Source: Laetmonice hystrix
Lineage: Eukaryota
Length of the DNA: 64,000 bases
NCBI GenBank assembly: GCA_965235115.1
Contig: OZ249436.1
Span: 53,260,001 to 53,324,000 of the forward strand
Direction: 5' to 3'
Notes under the pieces: generated by a model
Told to the model about the DNA's origin: nothing
The model's input: only the letters and a program-made list of their open reading frames with translations
Database searches by the model: none
Shown: positions 39,207 to 52,936 of the stretch, piece after piece
Layout of the letters: each line of letters starts with the position of its first letter
Position numbering within the stretch: position 1 is the first letter of the stretch
Program-made: the position numbers and the translations under genes

Positions 39207-40079
39207 ATGGCTACTATAGGCCAGCCGGTAAGATGTAAGGACTTCTCACTCTACTGGTTGGCCTCCCACACTGTTCGGCCCCACAGTGTACTGTTTGGCC
39301 TCAGTGTACTCTTTGGCCTCACTGTAGTGTTCGCTTGGGTGCTAGGCCAGCCAGTATACCTTGTAGCAATTCCTCCCTGTATTGTTTGGCCTCCCTGTAC
39401 CGTTTGCTTGTATACAAGAGTAGCCAGTAGTATAGGGACGCCTCATGTTTCATGTGTCCATGCCTTTATTGTCCAGGAGGCAGGCCATACGTTTCGTCTA
39501 TCATCTACTCCCATCTAATCTGTGTCCCCTACAGACCATCTGTAAGCGTCCGACAACGTTGTCAGGTCGTCCCAATGACTGTTTGCCGCAAAGGTTTAGT
39601 TAACAATGGCAAATGACGTTGTATGCCTTTTCTATATCAGATATCCCATCCCCAAGTAACAAACAAACAAAGAAAGGTTACACACAAGTGTTGCTGGCAG
39701 AAAACACCAGGGTGCAGCGCAGCTCCACTGAAGCGGCGGCGGCGGCGCTGACTGCACTGCCGCCTTCCGGCCAGCGGTGGAATCACCACCTACACCTGGC
39801 CGGGCTGGCTGGCACCTGTGGCTCTTAGGCGAGAGACAGGTTAAAGCAATGATAAGCGCAAAATGGCTACATTTTTGATACGTCAAATTTAAACTACGCC
39901 CCCAAAAATTATGATTCTTAGGCCAGATGTATAACTGTCGAACGTATAAGTCTCGTACGTTCGCTACAGATATATGGTTGTGATGTGTACACTTCCCATT
40001 TGAGTATCTTCTCCATATTTTAACATTAGATGCTCCTCGCCTGTAGCTTTCATTTCCATTACCTCACTGTAGTGTTTGC
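39207..40079. repeat. ~873-bp long monomer variant (first of 5 copies: 39207, 45440, 49651, 53857, 58834)
   Basis: Carries extra 25-bp (39720-39744) and 26-bp (39792-39817) GC-rich segments, a shortened GTCAGGTCGTCCC motif and a fixed C5A5 tract. Confidence 0.95.
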
Positions 40080-43000
40080 ATGGCTACTATAGGCCAGCCA
40101 GTATGTAGGGACTTCTCACTCTACTGGTTGGCCTCCCACACTGCTTGGCCCCACAGTGTACTGTTTGGCCTCAGTGTACTCTTTGGCCTCACTGTAGTGT
40201 TCGCTTGGGTGCTAGGCTAGCCAGTATACCTTGTAGCAATTCCTCCCTGTATTGTTTGGCCTCCCTGTACCGTTTGCTTCTATACAAGAGTAGCCAGTAG
40301 TATAGGGACGCCTCACGTTTCATGTTTCCATGCCTTTATTGTCCAGGAGGCAGGCCATACGTTTCGTCTATCATCGACTCCCATCTAATCTGTGTCCCCT
40401 ACAGACCATCTGTAAGCGTCCGACAACGTTGTCAGGTGAATCTTCCCAATGACTGTTTGCCGTAAAGGTTTAGTTAAAAATGGCAAATGACGTTGTACGC
40501 CTTTTCTATATCAGATATCCCATCCCCAAGTAACAAACAAAGAAAGGTTACACAGAGGTGTTACAGGCAGAAAACACCAGGGTGCAGCGGCGGTGACTGC
40601 ACTGCCGCCTTCCGGCCAGCGGTGAAATCATCACCTGTGGCTCTTAGGCGAGATACAGGTTAAAGCAATGATAAGGGCAAAGTGGCTACATTTTTTATAC
40701 GTAAAATTGAAACTACGCTCCCCCTCCAAAAAAAAAATTATGATTCTTAGGCCAGATGTATAACTGTCAAACGTATAGGTCTCGTACGTTCGCTACAGAT
40801 ATATGGTTGTGATGTGTACACTTCCCATTTCAGTATCTTCTCCAGATTTTAACATTAGATGCTCCTTGCCTGTACCTTTCATTTCCAGTACCTCACTGTA
40901 GTGTTTGCATGGCTACTATAGGCCAGCCGGTAAGATGTAAGGACTTCTCACTCTACTGGTTGGCCTCCCACACTGTTCGGCCCCACAGTGTACTGTTTGG
41001 CCTCAGTGTACTCTTTGGCCTCACTGTAGTGTTCGCTTGGGTGCTAGGCCAGCCAGTATACCTTGTAGCAATTCCTCCCTGTATTGTTTGGCCTCCCTGT
41101 ACCGTTTGCTTGTATACAAGAGTAGCCAGTAGTATAGGGACGCCTCATGTTTCATGTTTCCATGCCTTTATTGTCCAGGAGGCAGGCCATACGTTTCGTC
41201 TATCATCTACTCCCACCTAATCTGTGTCCCCTACAGACCATCTGTAAGCGTCCGACAACGTTGTCAGGTGAATCTTCCCAATGACTGTTTGCCGTAAAGG
41301 TTTAGTTAACAATGGCAAATGACGTTGTACGCCTTTTCTATATCAGATATCCCATCCCCAAGTAACAAACAAACAAAGAAAGGTTACACAGAGGTGTTGC
41401 AGGCAGAAAACACCAGGGTGCAGCGGCGCTGACTGCACTGCCGCCTTCCGGCCAGCGGTGGAATCATCACCTGTGGCTCTTAGGCGAGATACAGGTTAAA
41501 GCAATGATCAGCGCATAATGGCTACTTTTTTGATACATCAAATTGATGCTACGCCCCCCCCCCAAAAAAAATTATGATTCTTAGGCCAGATGTATAACTG
41601 TCAAACGTATAGGTCTCGTACGTTCGCTACAGATATATGGTTGTGATGTGTACACTTCCCATTTCAGTATCTTCTCCAGATTTTAACATTAGATGCTCCT
41701 CGCCTGTACCTTTCATTTCCAGTACCTCACTGTAGTGTTTGCATGGCTACTATAGGCAAGCCGGTATGTAGGGACTTCACACTCTACTGGTTGGCCTCCC
41801 ACACTGCTTGGCCCCACAGTGTACTGTTTGGCCTCAGTGTACTCTTTGGCCTCACTGTAGTGTTCGCTTGGGTGCTTGGCCAGCCAGTATACCTTGTAGC
41901 AATTCCTCCCTGTATTGTTTGGCCTCCCTGTACCGTTTGCTTGTATACAAGAGTAGCCAGTAGTATAGGGACGCCTCATGTTTCATGTTTCCATGCCTTT
42001 ATTGCCAAGGAGGCAGGCCATACGTTTCGTCTATCATCTACTCCCACCTAATCTGTGTCCCCTACAGACCATCTGTAAGCGTCCGACAACGTTGTCAAGT
42101 GAATCTGTTTGCCGTAAAGGTTTAGTTAACAAGGCCAAATGACGTTGTACGCCCACACTGCTTGGCCCCACAGTGTACTGTTTGGCCTCACTGTACTCTT
42201 TGGCCTCACTGTAGTGTTCGCTTGGGTGCTAGGCCAGCCAGTATACCTTGTAGCAATTCCTCCCTGTATTGTTTGGCCTCCCTGTACCGTTTGCTTCTAT
42301 ACAAGAGTAGCCAGTAGTATAGGGACGCCTCATGTTTCATGTTTCCATGCCTTTATTGTCCAGGAGGCAGGCCATACGTTTCGTCTATCATCTACTCCCA
42401 TCTAATCTGTGTCCCCTACAGACCATCTGTAAGCGTCCGACAACGTTGTCAGGTGAATCTTCCCAATGACTGTTTGCCGTAAAGGTTTAGTTAACAATGG
42501 CAAATGACGTTGTACGCCTTTTCTATATCAGATATCCCACCCCCAAGTAACAAACAAACAAAGGTTACACAGAGGTGTTACAGGCAGAAAACACCAGGGT
42601 GCAGCGGCGCTGACTGCATTGCCGCCCTCCGGCCAGCGGTGGAATCATCACCTGTGGCTCTTAGGCGAGATACAGGTTAAAGCAATGATAAGCGCAAAAT
42701 GGCTACATTTTTGATACGTCAAATTGAAACTACGCCCCCCCCCCCCTCCAAAGAAAAAATTATGATTCTTAGGCCAGATGTATAACTGTTAAACGTATAG
42801 GTCTCGTACGTTCGCTACAGATATAGGCCTATGGTTGTGATGTGTACACTTCCCATTTCAGTATCTTCTCTAGATTTTAACATTAGATGCTCCTCGCCTG
42901 TACCTTTAATTTCCAGTACCTCACTGTAGTGTTTGCATGGCTACTATAGGCCAGCCGGTAAGATGTAAGGACTTCTCACTCTACTCGTTGGCCTCCCACA

Positions 43001-44514
43001 CTGTTTGGCCCCACAGTGTACTGTTTGGCCTCAGTGTACTCTTTGGCCTCACTGTAGTGTTCGCTTGGGTGCTAGGCCAGCCAGTATACCTTGTAGCAAT
43101 TCCTCCCTGTATTGTTTGGCCTCCCTGTACCGTTTGCTTGTATACAAGAGTAGCCAGTAGTATAGGGACGCGTCATGTTTCATGTTTCCATGCCTTTATT
43201 GTCCAGGAGGCAGGCCATACGTTTCGTCTATTATCTACTCCCACCTAATCTGTGTCCCCTACAGACCATCTGTAAGCGTCCGACAACGTTGTCAGGTGAA
43301 TCTTCCCAATGACTGTTTGCCGTAAAGGTTTAGTTAACAATGGCAAATGACGTTGTACGCCTTTTCTATATCAGATATCCCATCCCCAAGTAACAAACAA
43401 ACAAAGGAAGGTTACACAGAGGTGTTGCAGGCAGAAAACACCAGGGTGCAGCGGCGCTGACTGCACTGCCGCCTTCCGGCCAGCGGTGGAATCATCACCT
43501 GTGGCTCTTAGGCGAGATACAGGTTAAAGCAATGATCAGCGCATAATGGCTACTTTTTTGATACATCAAATTGATGCTACGCCCCCCCCCCCCCAAAAAA
43601 AATTATGATTCTTAGGCCAGATGTATAACTGTCAAACGTATAGGTCTCGTACGTTCGCTACAGATATATGGTTGTGATGTGTACACTTCCCATTTCAGTA
43701 TCTTCTCCAGATTTTAACATTAGATGCTCCTCGCTTGTACCTTTCATTTCCAGTACCTCACTGTAGTGTTTGCAAGGCTACTATAGGCCAGCCGGTAAGA
43801 TGTAAGGACTTCTCACTCTACTGGTTGGCCTCCCACACTGTTTGGCCCCACAGTGTACTGTTTGGCCTTAGTGTACTCTTTGGCCTCACTGTAGTGTTCG
43901 CTTGGGTGCTAGGCCAGCCAGCATACCTTGTAGCAATTCCTCCCTGTATTGTTTGGCCTCCCTGTACCGTTTGCTTCTATACAAGAGTAGCCAGTAGTAT
44001 AGGGACGCCTCCTGTTTCATGTTTTCATGCCTTTATTGTCCAGGAGGCAGGCCATACGTTTCGTCTATCATCTACTCCCACCTAATCTGTGTCCCCTACA
44101 GACCATCTGTAAGCGTCCGACAACGTTGTCAGATGAATCTTCCCAATGACTGTTTGCCGTAAAGGTTTAGTTAACAATGGCAAATGATGTTGTACGCCTT
44201 TTCTATATCAGATATCCCATCCCGAAGTAACAAACAAACAAAGAAAGGTTACACAGAGGTGTTGCAGGCAGAAAACACCAGGGTGCAGCGTCGCTGACTG
44301 CACTGCCGCCTTCCGGCCAGCGGTGGAATCATCACCTGTGGCTCTTAGGCGAGATACAGGTTAAAGCAATGATAAGCGCATAATGGCTACTTTTTTGATA
44401 CATCAAATTGAAGCTACGCCCCCCCCCCAACAAAAATTATGATTCTTAGGCCAGATGTATAACTGTCAAACGTATAGGTCTCGTACGTTCGCTACAGATA
44501 TATGGTTGTGATGT

Positions 44515-47500
44515 GTGCACTTCCCATTTCAGTATCTTCTCCAGATTTTAACATTAGATGCTCCTCGCCTGTACCTTTCATTTCCAGTACCTCACTGTAG
44601 TGTTTGCATGGCTACTATAGGCCAGCCGGTAAGATGTAAGGAGTTCTCACTCTACTGGTTGGCCTCCCACACTGTTTGGCCCCACAGTGTACTGTTTGGC
44701 CTCAGTGTACTCTTTGGCCTCACTGTAGTGTTCGCTTGGGTGCTAGGCCAGCCAGTATACCTTGTAGCAATTCCTCCCTGTATTGGTTGGCCTCCCTGTA
44801 CCGTTTGCTTCTATTCAAAAGTAGCCAGTAGTATAGGGACGCCTCCTGTTTCATGTTTCCATGCCTTTATTGTCCAGGAGGCAGGCCATACGTTTCGTCT
44901 ATCATCTACTCCCATCTAATCTGTGTCCCCTACAGACGATCTGTAAGCGTCCGACAATGTTGTCAGGTGAATCTTCCCAATGACTGTTTGCCGTAAAGGT
45001 TTAGTTAAAAATGGCAAATGACGTTGTACGCCTTTTCTATATCAGATATCCCATCCCCAAGTAACAAACAAAGAAAGGTTACACAGAGGTGTTACAGGCA
45101 GAAAACACCAGGGTGCAGCGGCGCTGACTGCACTGCCGCCTTCCGGCCAGCGGTGAAATCATCACCTGTGGCTCTTAGGCGAGATACAGGTTAAAGCAAT
45201 GATAAGGGCAAAGTGGCTACATTTTTTATACGTAAAATTGAAACTACGCTCCCCCTCCAAAAAAAAAATTATGATTCTTAGGCCAGATGTATAACTGTCA
45301 AACGTATAGGTCTCGTACGTTCGCTACAGATATATGGTTGTGATGTGTACACTTCCCATTTCAGTATCTTCTCCAGATTTTAACATTAGATGCTCCTTGC
45401 CTGTACCTTTCATTTCCAGTACCTCACTGTAGTGTTTGCATGGCTACTATAGGCCAGCCGGTAAGATGTAAGGACTTTTCACTCTACTGGTTGGCCTCCC
45501 ACACTGTTCGGCCCCACAGTGTACTGTTTGGCCTCAGTGTACTCTTTGGCCTCACTGTAGTGTTCGCTTGGGTGCTAGGCCAGCCAGTATACCTTGTAGC
45601 AATTCCTCCCTGTATTGTTTGGCCTCCCTGTACCGTTTGCTTGTATACAAGAGTAGCCAGTAGTATAGGGACGCCTCATGTTTCATGTTTCCATGCCTTT
45701 ATTGTCCAGGAGGCAGGCCATACGTTTCGTCTATCATCTACTCCCATCTAATCTGTGTCCCCTACAGACCATCTGTAAGCGTCCGACAACGTTGTCAGGT
45801 CGTCCCAATGACTGTTTGCCGCAAAGGTTTAGTTAACAATGGCAAATGACGTTGTATGCCTTTTCTATATCAGATATCCCATCCCCAAGTAACAAACAAA
45901 CAATGAAAGGTTACACACAAGTGTTGCTGGCAGAAAACACCAGGGTGCAGCGCAGCTCCACTGAAGCGGCGGCGGCGGCGCTGACTGCACTGCCGCCTTC
46001 CGGCCAGCGGTGGAATCACCACCTACACCTGGCCGGGCTGGCTGGCACCTGTGGCTCTTAGGCGAGAGACAGGTTAAAGCAATGATAAGCGCAAAATGGC
46101 TACATTTTTGATACGTCAAATTGAAACTACGCCCCCAAAAATTATGATTCTTAGGCCAGATGTATAACTGTCGAACGTATAGGTCTCGTACGTTCGCTAC
46201 AGATATATGGTTGTGATGTGTACACTTCCGATTTGAGTAGCTTCTCCATATTTTAACATTAGATGCTCCTCGCCTGTAGCTTTCATTTCCATTACCTCAC
46301 TGTAGTGTTTGCATGGCTACTATAGGCCAGCCAGTATGTAGGGACTTCTCACTCTACTGGTTGGCCTCCCACACTGCTTGGCCCCACAGTGTACTGTTTG
46401 GCCTCAGTGTACTCTTTGGCCTCACTGTAGTGTTCGCTTGGGTGCTAGGCTAGCCAGTATACCTTGTAGCAATTCCTCCCTGTATTGTTTGGCCTCCCTG
46501 TACCGTTTGCTTCTATACAAGAGTAGCCAGTAGTATAGGGACGCCTCATGTTTCATGTTTCCATGCCTTTATTGTCCAGGAGGCAGGCCATACGTTTCGT
46601 CTATCATCGACTCCCATCTAATCTGTGTCCCCTACAGACCATCTGTAAGCGTCCGACAACGTTGTCAGGTGAATCTTCCCAATGACTGTTTGCCGTAAAG
46701 GTTTAGTTAACAATGTCAAATGACGTTGTACGCCTTTTCTATATCAGATATCCCACCCCCAAGTAACAAACAAACAAAGGTTACACAGAGGTGTTACAGG
46801 CAGAAAACACCAGGGTGCAGCGGCGCTGACTGCATTGCCGCCCTCCGGCCAGCGGTGGAATCATCACCTGTGGCTCTTAGGCGAGATACAGGTTAAAGCA
46901 ATGATAAGCGCAAAATGGCTACATTTTTGATACGTCAAATTGAAACTACGCCCCCCCCCCTCCAAAGAAAAAATTATGATTCTTAGGCCAGATGTATAAC
47001 TGTTAAACGTATAGGTCTCGTACGTTCGCTACAGATATAGGCCTATGGTTGTGATGTGTACACTTCCCATTTCAGTATCTTCTCTAGATTTTAACATTAG
47101 ATGCTCCTCGCCTGTACCTTTAATTTCCAGTACCTCACTGTAGTGTTTGCATGGCTACTATAGGCCAGCCGGTAAGATGTAAGGACTTCTCACTCTACTC
47201 GTTGGCCTCCCACACTGTTTGGCCCCACAGTGTACTGTTTGGCCTCAGTGTACTCTTTGGCCTCACTGTAGTGTTCGCTTGGGTGCTAGGCCAGCCAGTA
47301 TACCTTGTAGCAATTCCTCCCTGTATTGTTTGGCCTCCCTGTACCGTTTGCTTGTATACAAGAGTAGCCAGTAGTATAGGGACGCGTCATGTTTCATGTT
47401 TCCATGCCTTTATTGTCCAGGAGGCAGGCCATACGTTTCGTCTATCATCTACTCCCACCTAATCTGTGTCCCCTACAGACCATCTGTAAGCGTCCGACAA

Positions 47501-50500
47501 CGTTGTCAGGTGAATCTTCCCAATGACTGTTTGCCGTAAAGGTTTAGTTAACAATGGCAAATGATGTTGTACGCCTTTTCTATATCAGATATCCCATCCC
47601 GAAGTAACAAACAAACAAAGAAAGGTTACACAGAGGTGTTGCAGGCAGAAAACACCAGGGTGCAGCGTCGCTGACTGCACTGCCGCCTTCCGGCCAGCGG
47701 TGGAATCATCACCTGTGGCTCTTAGGCGAGATACAGGTTAAAGCAATGATAAGCGCATAATGGCTACTTTTTTGATACATCAAATTGAAGCTACGCCCCC
47801 CCCCCAACAAAAATTATGATTCTTAGGCCAGATGTATAACTGTCAAACGTATAGGTCTCGTACGTTCGCTACAGATATATGGTTGTGATGTGTGCACTTC
47901 CCATTTCAGTATCTTCTCCAGATTTTAACATTAGATGCTCCTCGCCTGTACCTTTCATTTCCAGTACCTCACTGTAGTGTTTGCATGGCTACTATAGGCC
48001 AGCCGGTCAGATGTAAGGAGTTCTCACTCTACTGGTTGGCCTCCCACACTGTTTGGCCCCACAGTGTACTGTTTGGCCTCAGTGTACTCTTTGGCCTCAC
48101 TGTAGTGTTCGCTTGGGTGCTAGGCCAGCCAGTATACCTTGTAGCAATTCCTCCCTGTATTGGTTGGCCTCCCTGTACCGTTTGCTTCTATTCAAAAGTA
48201 GCCAGTAGTATAGGGACGCCTCCTGTTTCATGTTTTCATGCCTTTATTGTCCAGGAGGCAGGCCATACGTTTCGTCTATCATCTACTCCCACCTAATCTG
48301 TGTCCCCTACAGACCATCTGTAAGCGTCCGACAACGTTGTCAGATGAATCTTCCCAATGACTGTTTGCCGTAAAGGTTTAGTTAACAATGGCAAATGATG
48401 TTGTACGCCTTTTCTATATCAGATATCCCATCCCGAAGTAACAAACAAACAAAGAAAGGTTACACAGAGGTGTTGCAGGCAGAAAACACCAGGGTGCAGC
48501 GTCGCTGACTGCACTGCCGCCTTCCGGCCAGCGGTGGAATCATCACCTGTGGCTCTTAGGCGAGATACAGGTTAAAGCAATGATAAGCGCATAATGGCTA
48601 CTTTTTTGATACATCAAATTGAAGCTACGCCCCCCCCCCAACAAAAATTATGATTCTTAGGCCAGATGTATAACTGTCAAACGTATAGGTCTCGTACGTT
48701 CGCTACAGATATATGGTTGTGATGTGTGCACTTCCCATTTCAGTATCTTCTCCAGATTTTAACATTAGATGCTCCTCGCCTGTACCTTTCATTTCCAGTA
48801 CCTCACTGTAGTGTTTGCATGGCTACTATAGGCCAGCCGGTAAGATGTAAGGAGTTCTCACTCTACTGGTTGGCCTCCCACACTGTTTGGCCCCACAGTG
48901 TACTGTTTGGCCTCAGTGTACTCTTTGGCCTCACTGTAGTGTTCGCTTGGGTGCTAGGCCAGCCAGTATACCTTGTAGCAATTCCTCCCTGTATTGGTTG
49001 GCCTCCCTGTACCGTTTGCTTCTATTCAAAAGTAGCCAGTAGTATAGGGACGCCTCCTGTTTCATGTTTCCATGCCTTTATTGTCCAGGAGGCAGGCCAT
49101 ACGTTTCGTCTATCATCTACTCCCATCTAATCTGTGTCCCCTACAGACGATCTGTAAGCGTCCGACAATGTTGTCAGGTGAATCTTCCCAATGACTGTTT
49201 GCCGTAAAGGTTTAGTTAAAAATGGCAAATGACGTTGTACGCCTTTTCTATATCAGATATCCCATCCCCAAGTAACAAACAAAGAAAGGTTACACAGAGG
49301 TGTTACAGGCAGAAAACACCAGGGTGCAGCGGCGCTGACTGCACTGCCGCCTTCCGGCCAGCGGTGAAATCATCACCTGTGGCTCTTAGGCGAGATACAG
49401 GTTAAAGCAATGATAAGGGCAAAGTGGCTACATTTTTTATACGTAAAATTGAAACTACGCTCCCCCTCCAAAAAAAAAATTATGATTCTTAGGCCAGATG
49501 TATAACTGTCAAACGTATAGGTCTCGTACGTTCGCTACAGATATATGGTTGTGATGTGTACACTTCCCATTTCAGTATCTTCTCCAGATTTTAACATTAG
49601 ATGCTCCTTGCCTGTACCTTTCATTTCCAGTACCTCACTGTAGTGTTTGCATGGCTACTATAGGCCAGCCGGTAAGATGTAAGGACTTTTCACTCTACTG
49701 GTTGGCCTCCCACACTGTTCGGCCCCACAGTGTACTGTTTGGCCTCAGTGTACTCTTTGGCCTCACTGTAGTGTTCGCTTGGGTGCTAGGCCAGCCAGTA
49801 TACCTTGTAGCAATTCCTCCCTGTATTGTTTGGCCTCCCTGTACCGTTTGCTTGTATACAAGAGTAGCCAGTAGTATAGGGACGCCTCATGTTTCATGTT
49901 TCCATGCCTTTATTGTCCAGGAGGCAGGCCATACGTTTCGTCTATCATCTACTCCCATCTAATCTGTGTCCCCTACAGACCATCTGTAAGCGTCCGACAA
50001 CGTTGTCAGGTCGTCCCAATGACTGTTTGCCGCAAAGGTTTAGTTAACAATGGCAAATGACGTTGTATGCCTTTTCTATATCAGATATCCCATCCCCAAG
50101 TAACAAACAAACAATGAAAGGTTACACACAAGTGTTGCTGGCAGAAAACACCAGGGTGCAGCGCAGCTCCACTGAAGCGGCGGCGGCGGCGCTGACTGCA
50201 CTGCCGCCTTCCGGCCAGCGGTGGAATCACCACCTACACCTGGCCGGGCTGGCTGGCACCTGTGGCTCTTAGGCGAGAGACAGGTTAAAGCAATGATAAG
50301 CGCAAAATGGCTACATTTTTGATACGTCAAATTGAAACTACGCCCCCAAAAATTATGATTCTTAGGCCAGATGTATAACTGTCGAACGTATAGGTCTCGT
50401 ACGTTCGCTACAGATATATGGTTGTGATGTGTACACTTCCGATTTGAGTAGCTTCTCCATATTTTAACATTAGATGCTCCTCGCCTGTAGCTTTCATTTC

Positions 50501-52936
50501 CATTACCTCACTGTAGTGTTTGCATGGCTACTATAGGCCAGCCAGTATGTAGGGACTTCTCACTCTACTGGTTGGCCTCCCACACTGCTTGGCCCCACAG
50601 TGTACTGTTTGGCCTCAGTGTACTCTTTGGCCTCACTGTAGTGTTCGCTTGGGTGCTAGGCTAGCCAGTATACCTTGTAGCAATTCCTCCCTGTATTGTT
50701 TGGCCTCCCTGTACCGTTTGCTTCTATACAAGAGTAGCCAGTAGTATAGGGACGCCTCATGTTTCATGTTTCCATGCCTTTATTGTCCAGGAGGCAGGCC
50801 ATACGTTTCGTCTATCATCGACTCCCATCTAATCTGTGTCCCCTACAGACCATCTGTAAGCGTCCGACAACGTTGTCAGGTGAATCTTCCCAATGACTGT
50901 TTGCCGTAAAGGTTTAGTTAACAATGTCAAATGACGTTGTACGCCTTTTCTATATCAGATATCCCACCCCCAAGTAACAAACAAACAAAGGTTACACAGA
51001 GGTGTTACAGGCAGAAAACACCAGGGTGCAGCGGCGCTGACTGCATTGCCGCCCTCCGGCCAGCGGTGGAATCATCACCTGTGGCTCTTAGGCGAGATAC
51101 AGGTTAAAGCAATGATAAGCGCAAAATGGCTACATTTTTGATACGTCAAATTGAAACTACGCCCCCCCCCCTCCAAAGAAAAAATTATGATTCTTAGGCC
51201 AGATGTATAACTGTTAAACGTATAGGTCTCGTACGTTCGCTACAGATATAGGCCTATGGTTGTGATGTGTACACTTCCCATTTCAGTATCTTCTCTAGAT
51301 TTTAACATTAGATGCTCCTCGCCTGTACCTTTAATTTCCAGTACCTCACTGTAGTGTTTGCATGGCTACTATAGGCCAGCCGGTAAGATGTAAGGACTTC
51401 TCACTCTACTCGTTGGCCTCCCACACTGTTTGGCCCCACAGTGTACTGTTTGGCCTCAGTGTACTCTTTGGCCTCACTGTAGTGTTCGCTTGGGTGCTAG
51501 GCCAGCCAGTATACCTTGTAGCAATTCCTCCCTGTATTGTTTGGCCTCCCTGTACCGTTTGCTTGTATACAAGAGTAGCCAGTAGTATAGGGACGCGTCA
51601 TGTTTCATGTTTCCATGCCTTTATTGTCCAGGAGGCAGGCCATACGTTTCGTCTATCATCTACTCCCACCTAATCTGTGTCCCCTACAGACCATCTGTAA
51701 GCGTCCGACAACGTTGTCAGGTGAATCTTCCCAATGACTGTTTGCCGTAAAGGTTTAGTTAACAATGGCAAATGATGTTGTACGCCTTTTCTATATCAGA
51801 TATCCCATCCCGAAGTAACAAACAAACAAAGAAAGGTTACACAGAGGTGTTGCAGGCAGAAAACACCAGGGTGCAGCGTCGCTGACTGCACTGCCGCCTT
51901 CCGGCCAGCGGTGGAATCATCACCTGTGGCTCTTAGGCGAGATACAGGTTAAAGCAATGATAAGCGCATAATGGCTACTTTTTTGATACATCAAATTGAA
52001 GCTACGCCCCCCCCCCAACAAAAATTATGATTCTTAGGCCAGATGTATAACTGTCAAACGTATAGGTCTCGTACGTTCGCTACAGATATATGGTTGTGAT
52101 GTGTGCACTTCCCATTTCAGTATCTTCTCCAGATTTTAACATTAGATGCTCCTCGCCTGTACCTTTCATTTCCAGTACCTCACTGTAGTGTTTGCATGGC
52201 TACTATAGGCCAGCCGGTCAGATGTAAGGAGTTCTCACTCTACTGGTTGGCCTCCCACACTGTTTGGCCCCACAGTGTACTGTTTGGCCTCAGTGTACTC
52301 TTTGGCCTCACTGTAGTGTTCGCTTGGGTGCTAGGCCAGCCAGTATACCTTGTAGCAATTCCTCCCTGTATTGGTTGGCCTCCCTGTACCGTTTGCTTCT
52401 ATTCAAAAGTAGCCAGTAGTATAGGGACGCCTCCTGTTTCATGTTTCCATGCCTTTATTGTCCAGGAGGCAGGCCATACGTTTCGTCTATCATCTACTCC
52501 CATCTAATCTGTGTCCCCTACAGACGATCTGTAAGCGTCCGACAATGTTGTCAGGTGAATCTTCCCAATGACTGTTTGCCGTAAAGGTTTAGTTAAAAAT
52601 GGCAAATGACGTTGTACGCCTTTTCTATATCAGATATCCCATCCCCAAGTAACAAACAAAGAAAGGTTACACAGAGGTGTTACAGGCAGAAAACACCAGG
52701 GTGCAGCGGCGCTGACTGCACTGCCGCCTTCCGGCCAGCGGTGGAATCATCACCTGTGGCTCTTAGGCGAGATACAGGTTAAAGCAATGATAAGGGCAAA
52801 GTGGCTACATTTTTTATACGTAAAATTGAAACTACGCTCCCCCTCCAAAAAAAAAATTATGATTCTTAGGCCAGATGTATAACTGTCAAACGTATAGGTC
52901 TCGTACGTTCGCTACAGATATATGGTTGTGATGTGT
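44515..52936. repeat. Higher-order tandem duplication with a period of 4211 bp (5 monomers)
   Basis: ORF-track pairs 44515/48726, 45440/49651, 45846/50057, 47151/51362 and 47892/52103 are each exactly 4211 bp apart and share private SNPs (TTCCGATTTG, AATGTCAAA, CCGGTCAGA). Confidence 0.92.

Noticed and set aside
39895..39915. Minus-strand AATTTTTGG Sm-site-like motif suggesting an snRNA or spliced-leader RNA gene array
   Set aside because: It lies in the hypervariable C/A tract, has no following stem-loop or upstream leader donor, and I recognised no snRNA, 5S or tRNA sequence or Pol III A/B boxes.
40210..40222. GCTAGGCTAG as another TA footprint
   Set aside because: It has the same length as consensus GCTAGGCCAG, so it is a C-to-T substitution and not an insertion.
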